DNA of 64,000 nucleotides from Hemiscyllium ocellatum (taxonomy: Eukaryota): positions 62,001 to 126,000 of the forward strand of contig NW_026867601.1 in assembly GCF_020745735.1 (NCBI RefSeq). The letters run 5' to 3'. Each line of letters opens with the position of its first letter. The stretch's first letter is position 1. The notes under the pieces are model-generated. The model saw only the letters and a program-made list of their open reading frames with translations, had not been told where the DNA came from and did not search any database. Below, piece after piece: positions 22,930 to 34,929 of this stretch. The translations under genes were made by a program, and so were the position numbers.

Positions 22930-24220
22930 ATGCGTTCACACACAAAGAGAGAAAACCAGATACACACCCAGACACAGACACACAGACACACACACACAGA
23001 CACACACACACACACACACACACTCCTACTTGAGGAAAGACATTCTGGCTATTGAGGGAGTGCAGCGTAGGTTCACGAGGTCAATTCCCAGAATGGGGGG
23101 ACTGTCTTACGCTGAAAGATTGGAGCGACTGGGCTTGTATACGCTTGAGTTCAGAAGGCTGAGAGGGGATCTGATTGAGACGTATAAGAATATTAAAGGA
23201 TTGGACACTCTGGAGACAGGAAGCATGTTTACGCTGACGGGTGAGTCACGAACCAGAGGACACAGTTTTAAAATAAGGAGTAGGCCACTTAGCACTGAGT
23301 TGAGGAGAAATTTCTTCACCCAGAGAGTGGCGGGTGTATAGAATGTTCTGCCCCAGAAGGCTGTGGAGGCCAAGTCTCTAGATACTTTCAAGAAAGAGAT
23401 GGATAGAGCTCCTAAGGATAGTGGAATCAAGGGTTATGGAGATAAGGCAGGAACAGGATACTGATTGAGGATGATCAGCCATGATCACAATGAATGGTGG
23501 TGCTGGCTCGAAGGGCAGAATGGCCCACTCCTGCACCTATTGTCTATTGTCTATTGTCTAATACTCGCACGGGCCCTCTCATAACACAAGCTCTCTCTCA
23601 TACTCTCACACGTACACTCCCACATGCACATGCATCCACTCACAGACTTATACCCCTTTCCACTCACACTCATATTTACACACATATGCACACTCTCTCA
23701 CACTGTCCACCCTTCGTGACACACACACACAACCACAAAGAAGTTTGTGAGTTGAATTTATACTTGCAGTATTAAATTATGTTTTGCTCAAACATTGCCT
23801 GAATCCATGTAAGATTCTGTAAATCAGTTACTTTTTAAGATTAGAATCAGTCTGAATATTGTCTCATGGACAGTCTCGCACAGGGCACCTCACACCTTCA
23901 CTGCATTATCTAGGCCGACATGACACCAATTGTTAAAGTTCACAGGAGAATGTAACTTTGAAAAGTTCTGCGATTTACATATGAAAGAATTGAAACCAAT
24001 ATGATCATTCTTAAAGATGAGAGACTTAGTAAACATTCCAGGTATTTTTCATTACATAATTTCAATTATATCACACTGTAACCTTTTGCTATAAATTCTG
24101 TGTCTTGCAATCTTATACTGCACAACCATCTGATAAAGGAGCTGTGCTCTGAAAACTAGTGCTTCCAAATAAGATTTGTTGGACTACACCCTGGAGCTGT
24201 GTGATTTTTAAGTTTATTCA
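22930..24220 (+). mobile_element. inverted copy of the PLE-A 3' region/tail, interrupted by a CR1
   Basis: 23570-24220 is the reverse complement of ~20900-21590 (~75-80% identity by eye); (CA)n start at 22930-23025. Confidence 0.75.
23030..23560 (+). mobile_element. 5'-truncated CR1 LINE
   Basis: RKDILAIEGVQRRFTR...LERLGLYTLEFRRLRGDLIETYK...FFTQRV; (CTATTGT)n tail. Confidence 0.93.
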
Positions 24221-25054
24221 ACTAAGGTCAATAAATTAAAATAACAAAGTGAAAGGCACACACCGTACATTTAGGCAGATCAGCCAGTTTCATGTCTCAG
24301 TAGACACAATTAAAATTCAGAACATTGCAGTGAAGAAAGATGAGCCCTCATAACATTGGAAATTATTTTTTTGATAAAATAATTCATTGTTGTCATGCTT
24401 AGAGTAATTCCTTCGAACCAACTTGCTTTTTTTTTACAGGGTAACACACGAGATGTTACTTTAATCCAATTGATGTGAACCATTTACACGTCAAAGGTTA
24501 TTTGAAAACGTTCTTCATAACTGACATTCCAGCAAAGTTTAGAAATTATAGATCAAAATGGGCAGTTGCTTTTTTTTCGACTCAAGGAAGATCCATAGTG
24601 ATGGTTTGCAGGTGGAAGTGTTTGGACCTGTGACTGTTTTCATTTATTGTTTTGACTAAGCTCTTGGCAAACAATGAACAGCTTCACAAGTTGCTATAAC
24701 ACGAACCTACCAACCAGTGGGATCCAGGAAGATGCGAATACAAAATTTAGTAAGGACCGAGCGAGGTTTGCAGATGGGACAACAAGTGACAATGACATTC
24801 AGCACAGGGATTCTTGACGTAATTAATTTAACGAGGAAGGACACAGAAACACAAATTCATGTCTCTGTTTGCATTTCCATAAACTATAAATTACTTTTCT
24901 ATTATATTCTAAAATACTGGTCTTTGTCTGTTTGTAGTTGATACACCATGTCTTCACCTGGGCTAAGAAACTTCCTTTATTTATTGAATATAAGACTCTA
25001 TCTAAAATACGCTGTACTTTCTCTCAGTAGTGACCCAACTCGGTCTCGAACAGA

Positions 25055-25400
25055 TATTTAACCTCATCTAGCCCCACATACCAGCACTTAGCCTATATCC
25101 CTCTAAAACCTTCCTACTCGTGTAATCATCCAGATTCCTTTTAAATGTTGCAATTGTACCAGCCTCCACCACTTTCTCTGGCAGTTCAATCCATGCACGT
25201 ACCACCCTTTGCATTAAAACGTGTTCCCTTAGGACTCTTCTATATCTTACTCCTCTCACCCTAAATCTCCCTCTCCCGATCCCCAGGGAAACCACCTTGT
25301 GTATTTATCGTATCCATGCTCCTCATTATTTTATAAACTTCTATAAGATCACCCCTAAGCTTCCAAATCTTCAAGGAAAACAGCCCCAGCCGAATCATCC
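25055..25400 (-). mobile_element. CR1 3' fragment
   Basis: WIELPEKVVEAGTIATFKRNLD remnant. Confidence 0.8.
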
Positions 25401-25409
25401 CACTCCTCA

Positions 25410-26935
25410 GAATCTATTTGTCTCCCTACACACCAAATCCCCCTCCACACTTCACTGAATCTGCATGTCTCCTCATCCCCACACCCAAGGCTCTGCGTGT
25501 CTCCCTCACCACACCCCCAACACAACACAGTCCGACTCCCACAGTCTGAGTGACTCCCTCCCCACACGTCCACATCTCCAGTTCCCAGAGTTCGAGTTTC
25601 TCCCACACTGCACACCCACATTCCCACTCCCCAGATTCTGTGCTTCACCCTCCCCGACACCCACATTCCAACTCCCAGAGTCTGTGTGTCTTCCTCCATC
25701 CACGCCCCCATTCCCCGTCCCAAGAGTTTGAGTTTCTCCAAACCCCACACCCCCAACCCACTCCCAGAGTCTGCGTGTCTCCCTTCCCCTCATAGTCACA
25801 CCCCTTCTCCCCAGCATCGAAGTTTGTCTCTCACCCCACACCCCAAACTACACTTCCCGAATCTGTATGGCTCCCCCACACCCGACTCACAGCAATCCCC
25901 ATTACCAGAGTCTCTATGGCTTCTGTCCCCGCCCATACACACACACCATCAAACTCCCAGAGACTGAAGGCTTCCCTCTCTCCACGACCCCATTTCCAGC
26001 TCCCAGAGTTTCCCAGAGTGTGTTTCTCCAACACCACCTCATTCCCACTCCCCAGAGTCTGTGTGTCTCCTTTCTCCCACACCCCATCCCTACTCCCAGA
26101 GTCTGTGGGTCTCACTTCATCCCCACAACGCCATCCCCACTCCCCGAGTCCGTGCATCTCCCTCCCCAACACCTCCAATCCCTCTCCCAGAGTCCGTGTG
26201 TCTCCTTCCTCCCACACCCCCTTCCTCGCTCCCAGAGTCTGTGTGTCTCCCTTCACTCCCACATCCCCATCCCCACTCCAGAGTCTGTGCGTCTCCCTAC
26301 CACCACACCTCTAACCCCACTCCTAGAGTCTGTTGTCAAAATCCCACAACATCTCCATCCCCACTCTCAGAGTCTGTGTGTTTCTCGCCCCCATCTTTAA
26401 TCCCAGAGTCCGTGTGATTCCCTCCTCCTACACCCAACTCCCCACTCCAGTGTCTATGCATCTCTTCACCCATGCTCATCCCAACTTCCATAGTCTGTGT
26501 ATCTTCCTCCCGCAACATCTCCACCCCCTTGCAGAGTCTATGTGTTTCCCTCTCCCTCACACACCCATCCCCACTCCCAAGGTCTGTGAGTCTCCCTCCC
26601 TCTACACCACCATTTCCACTCCTAGAGTCTGTGTGTCTCCCTGTCCCCCACTGCCCCACCCCCACTCCCTGGGTTTCTCTGTCTCCCTCCACTCCCCATT
26701 CCCCATCCCCACTCCCAGAATCTGTGTGCTCCCCTTTACCCCACAACCCCATTCCCACTCGGTAGAGTGTGTTTATCACCCTCCCCACACACCCCCATCC
26801 TGACTCCCAAAGACTATGTCTCCCTCTCCCCCCACACTGCCATTTGCACTCCCGGAGTCTGTGTGTCTCCCTGGTCCACACATCTCCATCCCCACTCCCT
26901 AGAGTTTGTGCTTCTCCATCCACACCTCCCCACAC
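25410..26935. repeat. C-rich (+) / G-rich (-) minisatellite with variable-length units
   Basis: Recurring CCCCACTCCCAGAGTCTGTGTGTCTCCC motif with pyrimidine-rich linkers. Confidence 0.9.
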
Positions 26936-29689
26936 TGCTGAAGGCTGCAGAATATAGAATCTAAAACCGATTTTTTTAAAAAAACTTTATCATAAGAAAA
27001 AGTAACAAAAAGTGCAAGATCAGAAATATTAAAAGGTACAGTTGAAGTGCTCCAGATTTTGAGAATTCAATGATCTTGTTAGATGGTTTGGAGATTCATC
27101 CAACAACGTCCTGGAGTCAGACTGTTAAACCGAGTTCGAAGGTTGATTTGTAAATGTTACATCAACGTGATTGCATACCGCCCCATGAACTTGTTTCCAG
27201 ATATAGGCCACATTGGCAGATGTTTCCTCAGACTGTTTCCCCCGGGTATTTATTTTCTGGTCAGAAGTGAAATGGGTGGCACACAGAAACAGGAAGTTTT
27301 GGGTCAGCTGAGAATGACACACCGGGCAACAATTCCCTGTTATCAGTGCAAGCAGTCTTCCTGCCTGTGGGGGTGAACACACACTGACAGCATCAAAACC
27401 AAATAGGCAGATTACGGTTGGTTTCAACATTGTATTCAATTCCATTCTCAGTTTCCACAATGAAACATAAAACACCCAAGATTATTTAAGCTAAATTACA
27501 TTAACTGTCCGCTGAGAGTTATCACTGGGCGAAACAGGCCAAAGGACAAGTAATAATTTCATTTGCAATTCTCTGTTTAAACCTTTCACAAACTTCGGCG
27601 ATATCTCAGGTCAAAGCAAGAAGAGATTGTATCAATGCACAGGTATTTCTACCTTGTACCTATCTTCAGTCATATTTTGCTGTTCTCTTTTTGCTTTCAT
27701 TCATGTAAGATATCAAGAACAAATTTAAGATTTCAGTAAGCGAATCACAGGTGAGGTTCTGGTGGACTGGACATGTTGATTCCGCTTGCACAAGAAGGGT
27801 AGTAGGGATATTCCAGAGCTTGACGTCAGTGCTGGGAAAGTGCTGGAGAATGTACTGAGGGATGAAATCCATTTACCTTTGGAAAAGAATAGGATTATCA
27901 GTGATAGACAATGTGGTTTTGTATGGGGGAGATTGTGCCTTGCCAATTTAGTAGAGTTGTTGAGGAAGTGACCAAATAGATAGATGAAGGAAAGGCTGGC
28001 ACGGTAGATTCATTTAGGGTGCGTCTGAACAGATACATGAGGAGGATACAGATTCTTAGGAATTGAGTGATAGGTTTAGATAGTGAATTTGGATCTGCAC
28101 ACGCTTGGACGGCGGAAGGGACTGTTCCTGGGATGTTAATTTACTTTGTTCATTGTTCTTCCTTGTGTAGTAATGGACATTAAAGTAGATATTTCAGAAT
28201 ATGCCGCAGAGATCATTTCTGCAGTGTAAGAAAACAAAACCTAAGGAAAGCAATCACAATCCCTGTTTCAAAATAAAATACTGGAACCAAACTGAGAATA
28301 AATCTATATTGTTGCACACTGATAGGGGGTAGACCTGAAGATTTGACAGATATAGGAAAGTGGAAGAATATAAGTTTAATAAGGAAACAAGTATCAGACT
28401 AAAAGTTAGAGTTAGCTAGTTAGATTAAATAGACAGAGACATTACTGACAGGTTTTAAAATATAATTAACAATATGGAGGTTGGTGTTGTGGACAGTGAG
28501 TCAGTGAAACTAGCAACAAAAAGGAAATGGTCAATTCATTGTATAGGTACATTGCGACAGCCCTCTACATCAAAAATAGGTGGAAAATCAGGAAAACCAA
28601 AGAAGGTTGAGATAGAATTGAAATTACAATCGCCGCTCAAGCGTTCCTGATAAAATAGTTATAGCCTGGATAAGGGTTCAAATTCATGCTCGGAATATTC
28701 ACAGAAAACTGACTCACAAAATGTTTCATGCATTAGTTTTTAGTTTCCAAAATCAGGGAATGTTCTATGCGATTGCAAAATTGTGAATTGAAATCCTTCA
28801 TTAAAAGGGGCAGATACAGAAAGCAGAAGTTATTTGACAGTTAAGTCAGCTTCTGGCATAAGGAGTAAGATAGAAACTATTATCAGGAACGGTCAAGTTA
28901 ATCAGATGGAATCAATATGACTTTGTAATGTCAACATCATGCCTGCAGTTCATTGCAGATTTCTGACGACTTTGAGCGTGTGCAGTTGATAAAGGAACAG
29001 CAGTTCATGTAATGTATTTAGATACAGGAGTCATTGAAACATAAAAAATATGGACCAAGAGTAGGCTATACACATCACGAGCTTGTCCTGTGATTCAATA
29101 CAATCAGGGCTAATAAAAGTCCAGTGAACTTTCACAACACTCCCTCCATGGTGACAACAGCTTTCCAGACATAAGGAAAACTTAATTGCACTCCGTTCAC
29201 CAATTGTAGTCTAGCCAAACTCCTATGCAACTAAAGCAACACTTCATTGCTCCAGCGTTCAAATTATCCTGTAGTAAGGGCTAACATTCTATTAATCTTC
29301 CAAATGTGTATTGAATAAAGGGTCACATCAAACATTTTTCTGGTGGATAATTAAACAACTCATCGGAGGGGTAGGATATTTCTATCGTTCCTGATGGAGA
29401 GCACAACACATCAGTGTAAAAGTTAAGGCTGAAGCATTCACAGCAATCTATCGTCAGAAATGCCAATTGTACGATCCATCTCGGCTTCGTCCGATTATCA
29501 GCAATATTACCGATTCATGTTTTCAGCCAATTTGCTTCTCTCCACGTGATAACAAGACATTCTGGGAAGCTCTGCTTACTCAAACGTTATGTAGCCGACA
29601 AAAGTACTGATGGTTTTAGCGAGGCAAGCACTTCCAGCGTAGCTGCAACGATGGCAAAAATCCAACAACATGTGAAATAGTTGAATAGT

Positions 29690-29900
29690 GTGTTGCTGGA
29701 AAAGCGCAACAGGCCAGGCAGCATCCGAGGAGCAGGAGAATCGACGTTTCGGGCATAATCCCTTCTTCAGTAATCAGGACTCCTGAAAAGGGCTTAAGCC
29801 TGATTCATCGATTCCCCTGCTCCTCGGATGCTGCCTGGCCTGCTGCACGTTTCCAGCACCACACTTTTCAACTCTGGTCTCCAGCATCTGCAGTCCTCAC
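29690..29900. repeat. palindromic pair of PLE-derived tails (paralog 57770-57975)
   Basis: gtgttgctggaaaagcgc...gagaatcga and tcgattcccctgctcc...ccagcaccacac form ~60-bp inverted arms around two decayed hammerhead cores. Confidence 0.8.
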
Positions 29901-30539
29901 TTTCCCCCAGTCTGGGAAATAGACTAGCCATTTCCTGAGCACAGAAAGCAGGACAATCCAATCTGACCAATTTCTGCTCCCATGCTCGGTCATGAGTTGG
30001 GTGTGTGAAAATGCCATCAACAGAGCAATCAAGCAGCACTGGCTCAGCAATAACCTGCTCAGTGACATGAAATGTGGGTTACGCAATCTCCACTCAGCTC
30101 CTGACCGAATTCCACACTTGATTTATGCATACACAAAGAACTGATTCCCTGAAGCGCGGGCAGAGAGACAGCACTTGACTTAAACGTCGCATTCACCCGA
30201 GATTAATATTACAGGGCCCGACGAGAACTGGAATCAGTGAGTATCAGATGACAAACTCTCTGTTGCCTGGAGTCGTACCTCGTACATTGAAAGATGGATC
30301 TGATTGTTGGAGGTCAATCCTCTCAGCTCAAGGACACCTCCATTCGAGTTCCTGAAGGAAGTATCCTTGGCCGAAGCACCTTCAGCTGTGTCATCAATCA
30401 TCCTCATTTCATCATCAGGAATCAGGAAAAAAAATGGTGACAATGTAACAATAGTCAATGGAACAATACCAAAATAGCTGGTTTACTAATTACCATTAGA
30501 AAATCCGTCTACTGCATTTACCTCATCAGCCAACATCAT

Positions 30540-30810
30540 GGATGGCAATGCTGTCTCACAGCGCCAGGATCCTGGGTTCGATTTCCCCCCTGTCTGCTTG
30601 GGGTTTGCACATTCTCACTGTGTCTGCTTGGGTTTCCTCCCACAATCCAAAGCTGTGCAGGCCAGATGAATTGGCCACGCTAAATTCCCCACAGTGTTCT
30701 GTGCCCTAGTCAGCAGTAAGAAAGGGTAGAGTGATGGGTTTCTCTTCGGAGGGGCGGTCTGGACTTGTTGGGCCAAAGGGCCTGCTTCCACATTGTAGAG
30801 AATCTAATCA
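30540..30810 (+). mobile_element. HE1-like SINE (paralog 59845-60115)
   Basis: gctgtctcacagcgccagg...gggttcgatt, SINE core and ctaatc tail. Confidence 0.8.
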
Positions 30811-31914
30811 TCAGACTCCACACCCACTGTCAGGTTCCTGATGATTTCTGAAGTGGCATTAGCAAGTGACACAGTGGGTAATTAGGGAGAGGGTCCCACT
30901 GATGACTGAACCTGCAACATCTACGTTTCATGATAGATTAAAAGAAAATATAAGCGCGACTAAACCTCACAACAACAATATCGACTAAATGAAATTGTTG
31001 TGGCAGTTCTTGATCTCACTTCAACTATTTTATATGGATATTCTAAAATGCACGTTGAGCTATGTTGCATTGTTGGAAATTTTACCGTCTAAAGGGACGA
31101 CAATATAAATCAATGTTCAAAGTGGATCCAATTAGACAGAAATGTTTCATTGCATGAACTTCCAGAATTCAAATATTCAGCTAAATTAAAATGTTGAATT
31201 ATGTTTATCTTCCAGATATAAATAATATCTGTTGCAATTCATAGTCATGAAATTTGCATTCACTTCTGCAAACTGTCAACGTTCTTCAAATAAACTTGGT
31301 TTGATTTGAAACTTATCATTTGAAACTTCGTTCATCTGGCTTTACTGTCATCAACTCTGCTTTGAAACCAGTGAAGTGTTTATGTAAATAAACACAGAAA
31401 TAGAACTCTCAGAATAGATGACAGAACAACAAAACCCCAGGTTATATTTCCCCACAAGCACAGTACACAAATAATGGCAAATATGCAAATAAAACAACGG
31501 ATTTTTAAATCTTATTTTTCATTTGTGGGACCTGGGCATCTCTTGGCTGGCTCGCATTGATCCCTATTTGCCCTCGAGAAGGTGATGGTCAGCTGCCTTC
31601 TTGAATCGCTGTTGTGGATTGACCCATTATGCCAGTGAGGAGGGAATTTCCATACTAATTGTAGTTCATCCCTTAAAATATAAAAGTTGTCTGATTCTAA
31701 AATCACAGTGATATCAATTTCCATGCTTAGTCCAAAAAAAAACTTCAATTTTGAGATTGATTGGCACAGCTAACGTTTCTTTCTCTGTCTCTCTTTCGCT
31801 TTTCCACTCCAGCCTTCCCCCATTTTTTATATCTGATGCCGTGTTTTGCATTTCCACAATCAGACAATGTTTTCATAAATAACATAAAGTCAACGCCTCA
31901 CCAACATATTGGCT

Positions 31915-33480
31915 CATAGTGTCATAGCGATGTCCAGCGTGGAAACAGACCCTTTGGTCAGACTCGTCCATGCAGAACAAATATCCCAACCCAATCTAAT
32001 CCCACCTGCCAGCACCCGGCCCATATCCCTCCAAACCCTTCCTATTCATAAATCTCGTTAGATGCCTTTTAAATGTTGCAATTGTACCAGCTTCCATCAC
32101 TTCCTGTGGCAACTCATTCCATATATGTACCACACTTTACGTGAAATAATTGCCCCTTAGGTCCCTTTTACATCTTTCCCCTCTCACCCTAAACCTACGC
32201 CATCTAGTTCTGGACTCACCCACCCAGGGAAAAAACTTTCCCTATTTATCCTATCCATGCCCCGCATGATTTTATAAACCTCGATGAGGTCACCCCTCAG
32301 CATCTGAAGCTCCAGGGAGAACAACCATAACCTATTCAATCTCTCCCTGTAGCTCAAATCCTCTAAACTTGGCAACATCCTTGTAAATCTTTTTTGAACA
32401 TTTTTGATGTTTCACAATATCCTTCCTAAAGAAAGGAGACCAGAATTGCATTAAATATTCCAACCGTGACCCTAATCAATGTCCTGTACAGTTGCAACAT
32501 GACCTCTCAACACCCTTACCAATAAAGGAAAGCATACCAATTGCCTTCTTCACAATCGTATCGAACTTGCGACTATACGTTCAAGGCGCTATGAAACTGC
32601 ACTCAAAGGTCTCTTTGCTCAGCAACGCTATCTAAGACCTTGCCATTAAGTGTATAAGTCCTGCTAAGATTTGCTTTCCCACAATGCAGCACCTCGCATT
32701 TACCTGAATTAAAATCCAACTGTCACTCCTCAGCCCATTGTCCCATCTGATCAAGATCCCATTGAAACCTGAGATAAGCTTCTTCATTGTCCACTACATA
32801 TCCAATAATGGTGTCATTTGCAAACTTACTAACTATGCCTCTTATGCTCGCATCCAAATCATTTATATCAATGATTAAAATTACTGGACCCAGCACCGAT
32901 CCTTGTGGCACTCCACTGGTCACAGGCCTCCAGTCTGAAAAACATCCCTCCACCACCATCATCTGTCTTCTACCTTTGAGCCAGTTCTGTATCCACATGG
33001 TTAGTTCTGCCTCTATTCTGTGAGATCTTACCTTGCTAACCAATCTCCCTTGGGGAACCTTGTTGAACGACTTACTGAATTCCATATAGATCACGTCCAC
33101 TGCTCTAGTCTCAAAAATCCTCTTGGTAACTTCTTCAAAAAACTCAATCACGTTTGTGAGACATGATCTCCCACGCATAAAGCCATGTTGTAGATCCCGA
33201 GTCAGTCCTTACCTTTCCAAGTGCATGTACATCCTGTAACTCATAATTCCCTCCAAAGTCCTTCCCACCACCAACGTCACGCTCACTGTTCTATAGTTCC
33301 CTGACTTGTCCTTACCATTTCATAAACAGTGGATCCACGTCAGCCAACCTCCAATCTTCCAGCACCTCACCTGTGACTATTAATTACACAAATGCCTCAG
33401 CAAGAGGACCAGCAATCACTTCACTAGGGTCCCACAGAGTTCGAACCTACACATGATCAGGTCCTGGGGATTTATCCACA
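31915..33480 (-). mobile_element. CR1 LINE 3' half, RT pseudogene (paralog 61215-62790)
   Basis: GRSCLTNVIEFFEEVT...VDVIYMEFSKSFNKVP...VTSGVPQGSVLGP..FANDT. Confidence 0.93.
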
Positions 33481-34929
33481 TTTATGTGTTTCAAGCTCAA
33501 TTATAAAGAACCAGAAGCAGGCAATTTTGCGAATGGAGTTTTGTCTTCTATTCAATGACGTTGTGGTTGAACTGATAATCCTCACCTCCGCTTTTCAGCC
33601 TTTCCCCAATCAGCACTGATTCTATTACCGATTCAAACTCTGCACAGTTACCCTTGAAAGTGTGCAATGGCCCAACCTCGGTGCCCTGTGGTAAAGAATT
33701 CTACAGATTCACTCCATTTTGGGAGAAGAATTTCTCTTCTGCCTCAAACCTGTGACCTCTAAGCCAGAGATTACACTCCCTGGTCCTGGACTCGCCCAAA
33801 AGTGGAAACAACATTTCTGCTTTTAACGCGCCATGTTTCCTGAAATTTCAGAATGTCACCACTGAATAATCTATGTTGCAATTGGTACAAGCTCAAACTA
33901 CTCAATCTCTATTCTCAAGACAGTCCCTCCATCCTCAAGATCAGTCTGCTGAACCTCATGTGGATTGTCTCGGATTCCAGAGTATCTTTCCTATAATACA
34001 AGTCCCACAATAGTTGACAGTATTCAGCTGTGATATGACGAGAGCTTCTTTTAAGTTTTAACAAAACTTACAGTCATACAGTTATACAGCACAGAGGTAG
34101 ATCCTTCGTTCCAACTCATCTGTGGTGAACTGAAATCCCAATTTGACCGAGTATCATATGGCAAACAGGTGACCCATATTTCTCTAAATGTTTCCTTCTC
34201 GTACACACATTCAGCTGCCTTTTAAATTTTAAAGTTATACTCGCCTCCACCACTTCATTTAGCAGATTTTTCTGTGTATATACCACCATCTATGTGAAAA
34301 CGTTACCCTTCAGGACCTTTTCCAACATTTCTCCTCTCGCCATAATCCTCTATCTGATTGTTTTGGACTCCCCAACACTCTGAAAAAGACCTTGGTTATT
34401 CATCATAACAAGGCCCCTCATGATTTTCGGATCTTGTTCAGGCCAACCTTCAGCCCCCTTTCCTCGTGCTGCAGGGAAAAGAAAAACTCCAGCCTATTCA
34501 GGGTCACCTTATAGATTAAATGCTGGGAGTTTGTTTCTGGAAATGCACTGCGAGTCAGGCAGCATCCGAGGAGCAGGAAATTCGATGTTTCGGGCAAAAG
34601 CCCATCATCAGGAATGGAGGCAGGGAGCCTTCAGGTGGGTAAGTGGTGCTCAGTCCATGGAATGATCATCCATGGTCTTGCTGAACAGCGGAGCAGGCTC
34701 GTAGGGTCAGATGGCTTAATCCTTCTCACATTTCTTACGTTGTGGTATTGTTATGTTTTTACAGACCTCCGATCCAAAAGGCAACACTCCATGACCACTA
34801 AATAAAAATCAAAAGAACTGCAGATGTCGTGTGTCTGAAACAGTAAACGGAAACTGTGGAAAAACTCAGAGGCTCTGGCGGTATCTGTGGAGAGAAAGCT
34901 CAACTCTCCATGGTTTCCTGGTTTTCCTT

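Larger units (their letters stand above)
25572..34690 (+). repeat. segmental duplication, copy A (paralog of 51552-64000)
   Basis: Collinear identity, e.g. 26941/52726, 27961/56016, 31501/60806, 34681/63994. Confidence 0.95.

Noticed and set aside
25355-26964. Long Pro/Ser- or Gly-rich ORFs here and at 51520-52748
   Set aside because: They are translations of the C-rich satellite in multiple frames on both strands.
27746-27752. RAG-mediated origin of the 2.27-kb deletion, since CACAG resembles a heptamer
   Set aside because: No nonamer at the left CACAGGT at 12/23 spacing and none evident at the right one; microhomology joining is sufficient.
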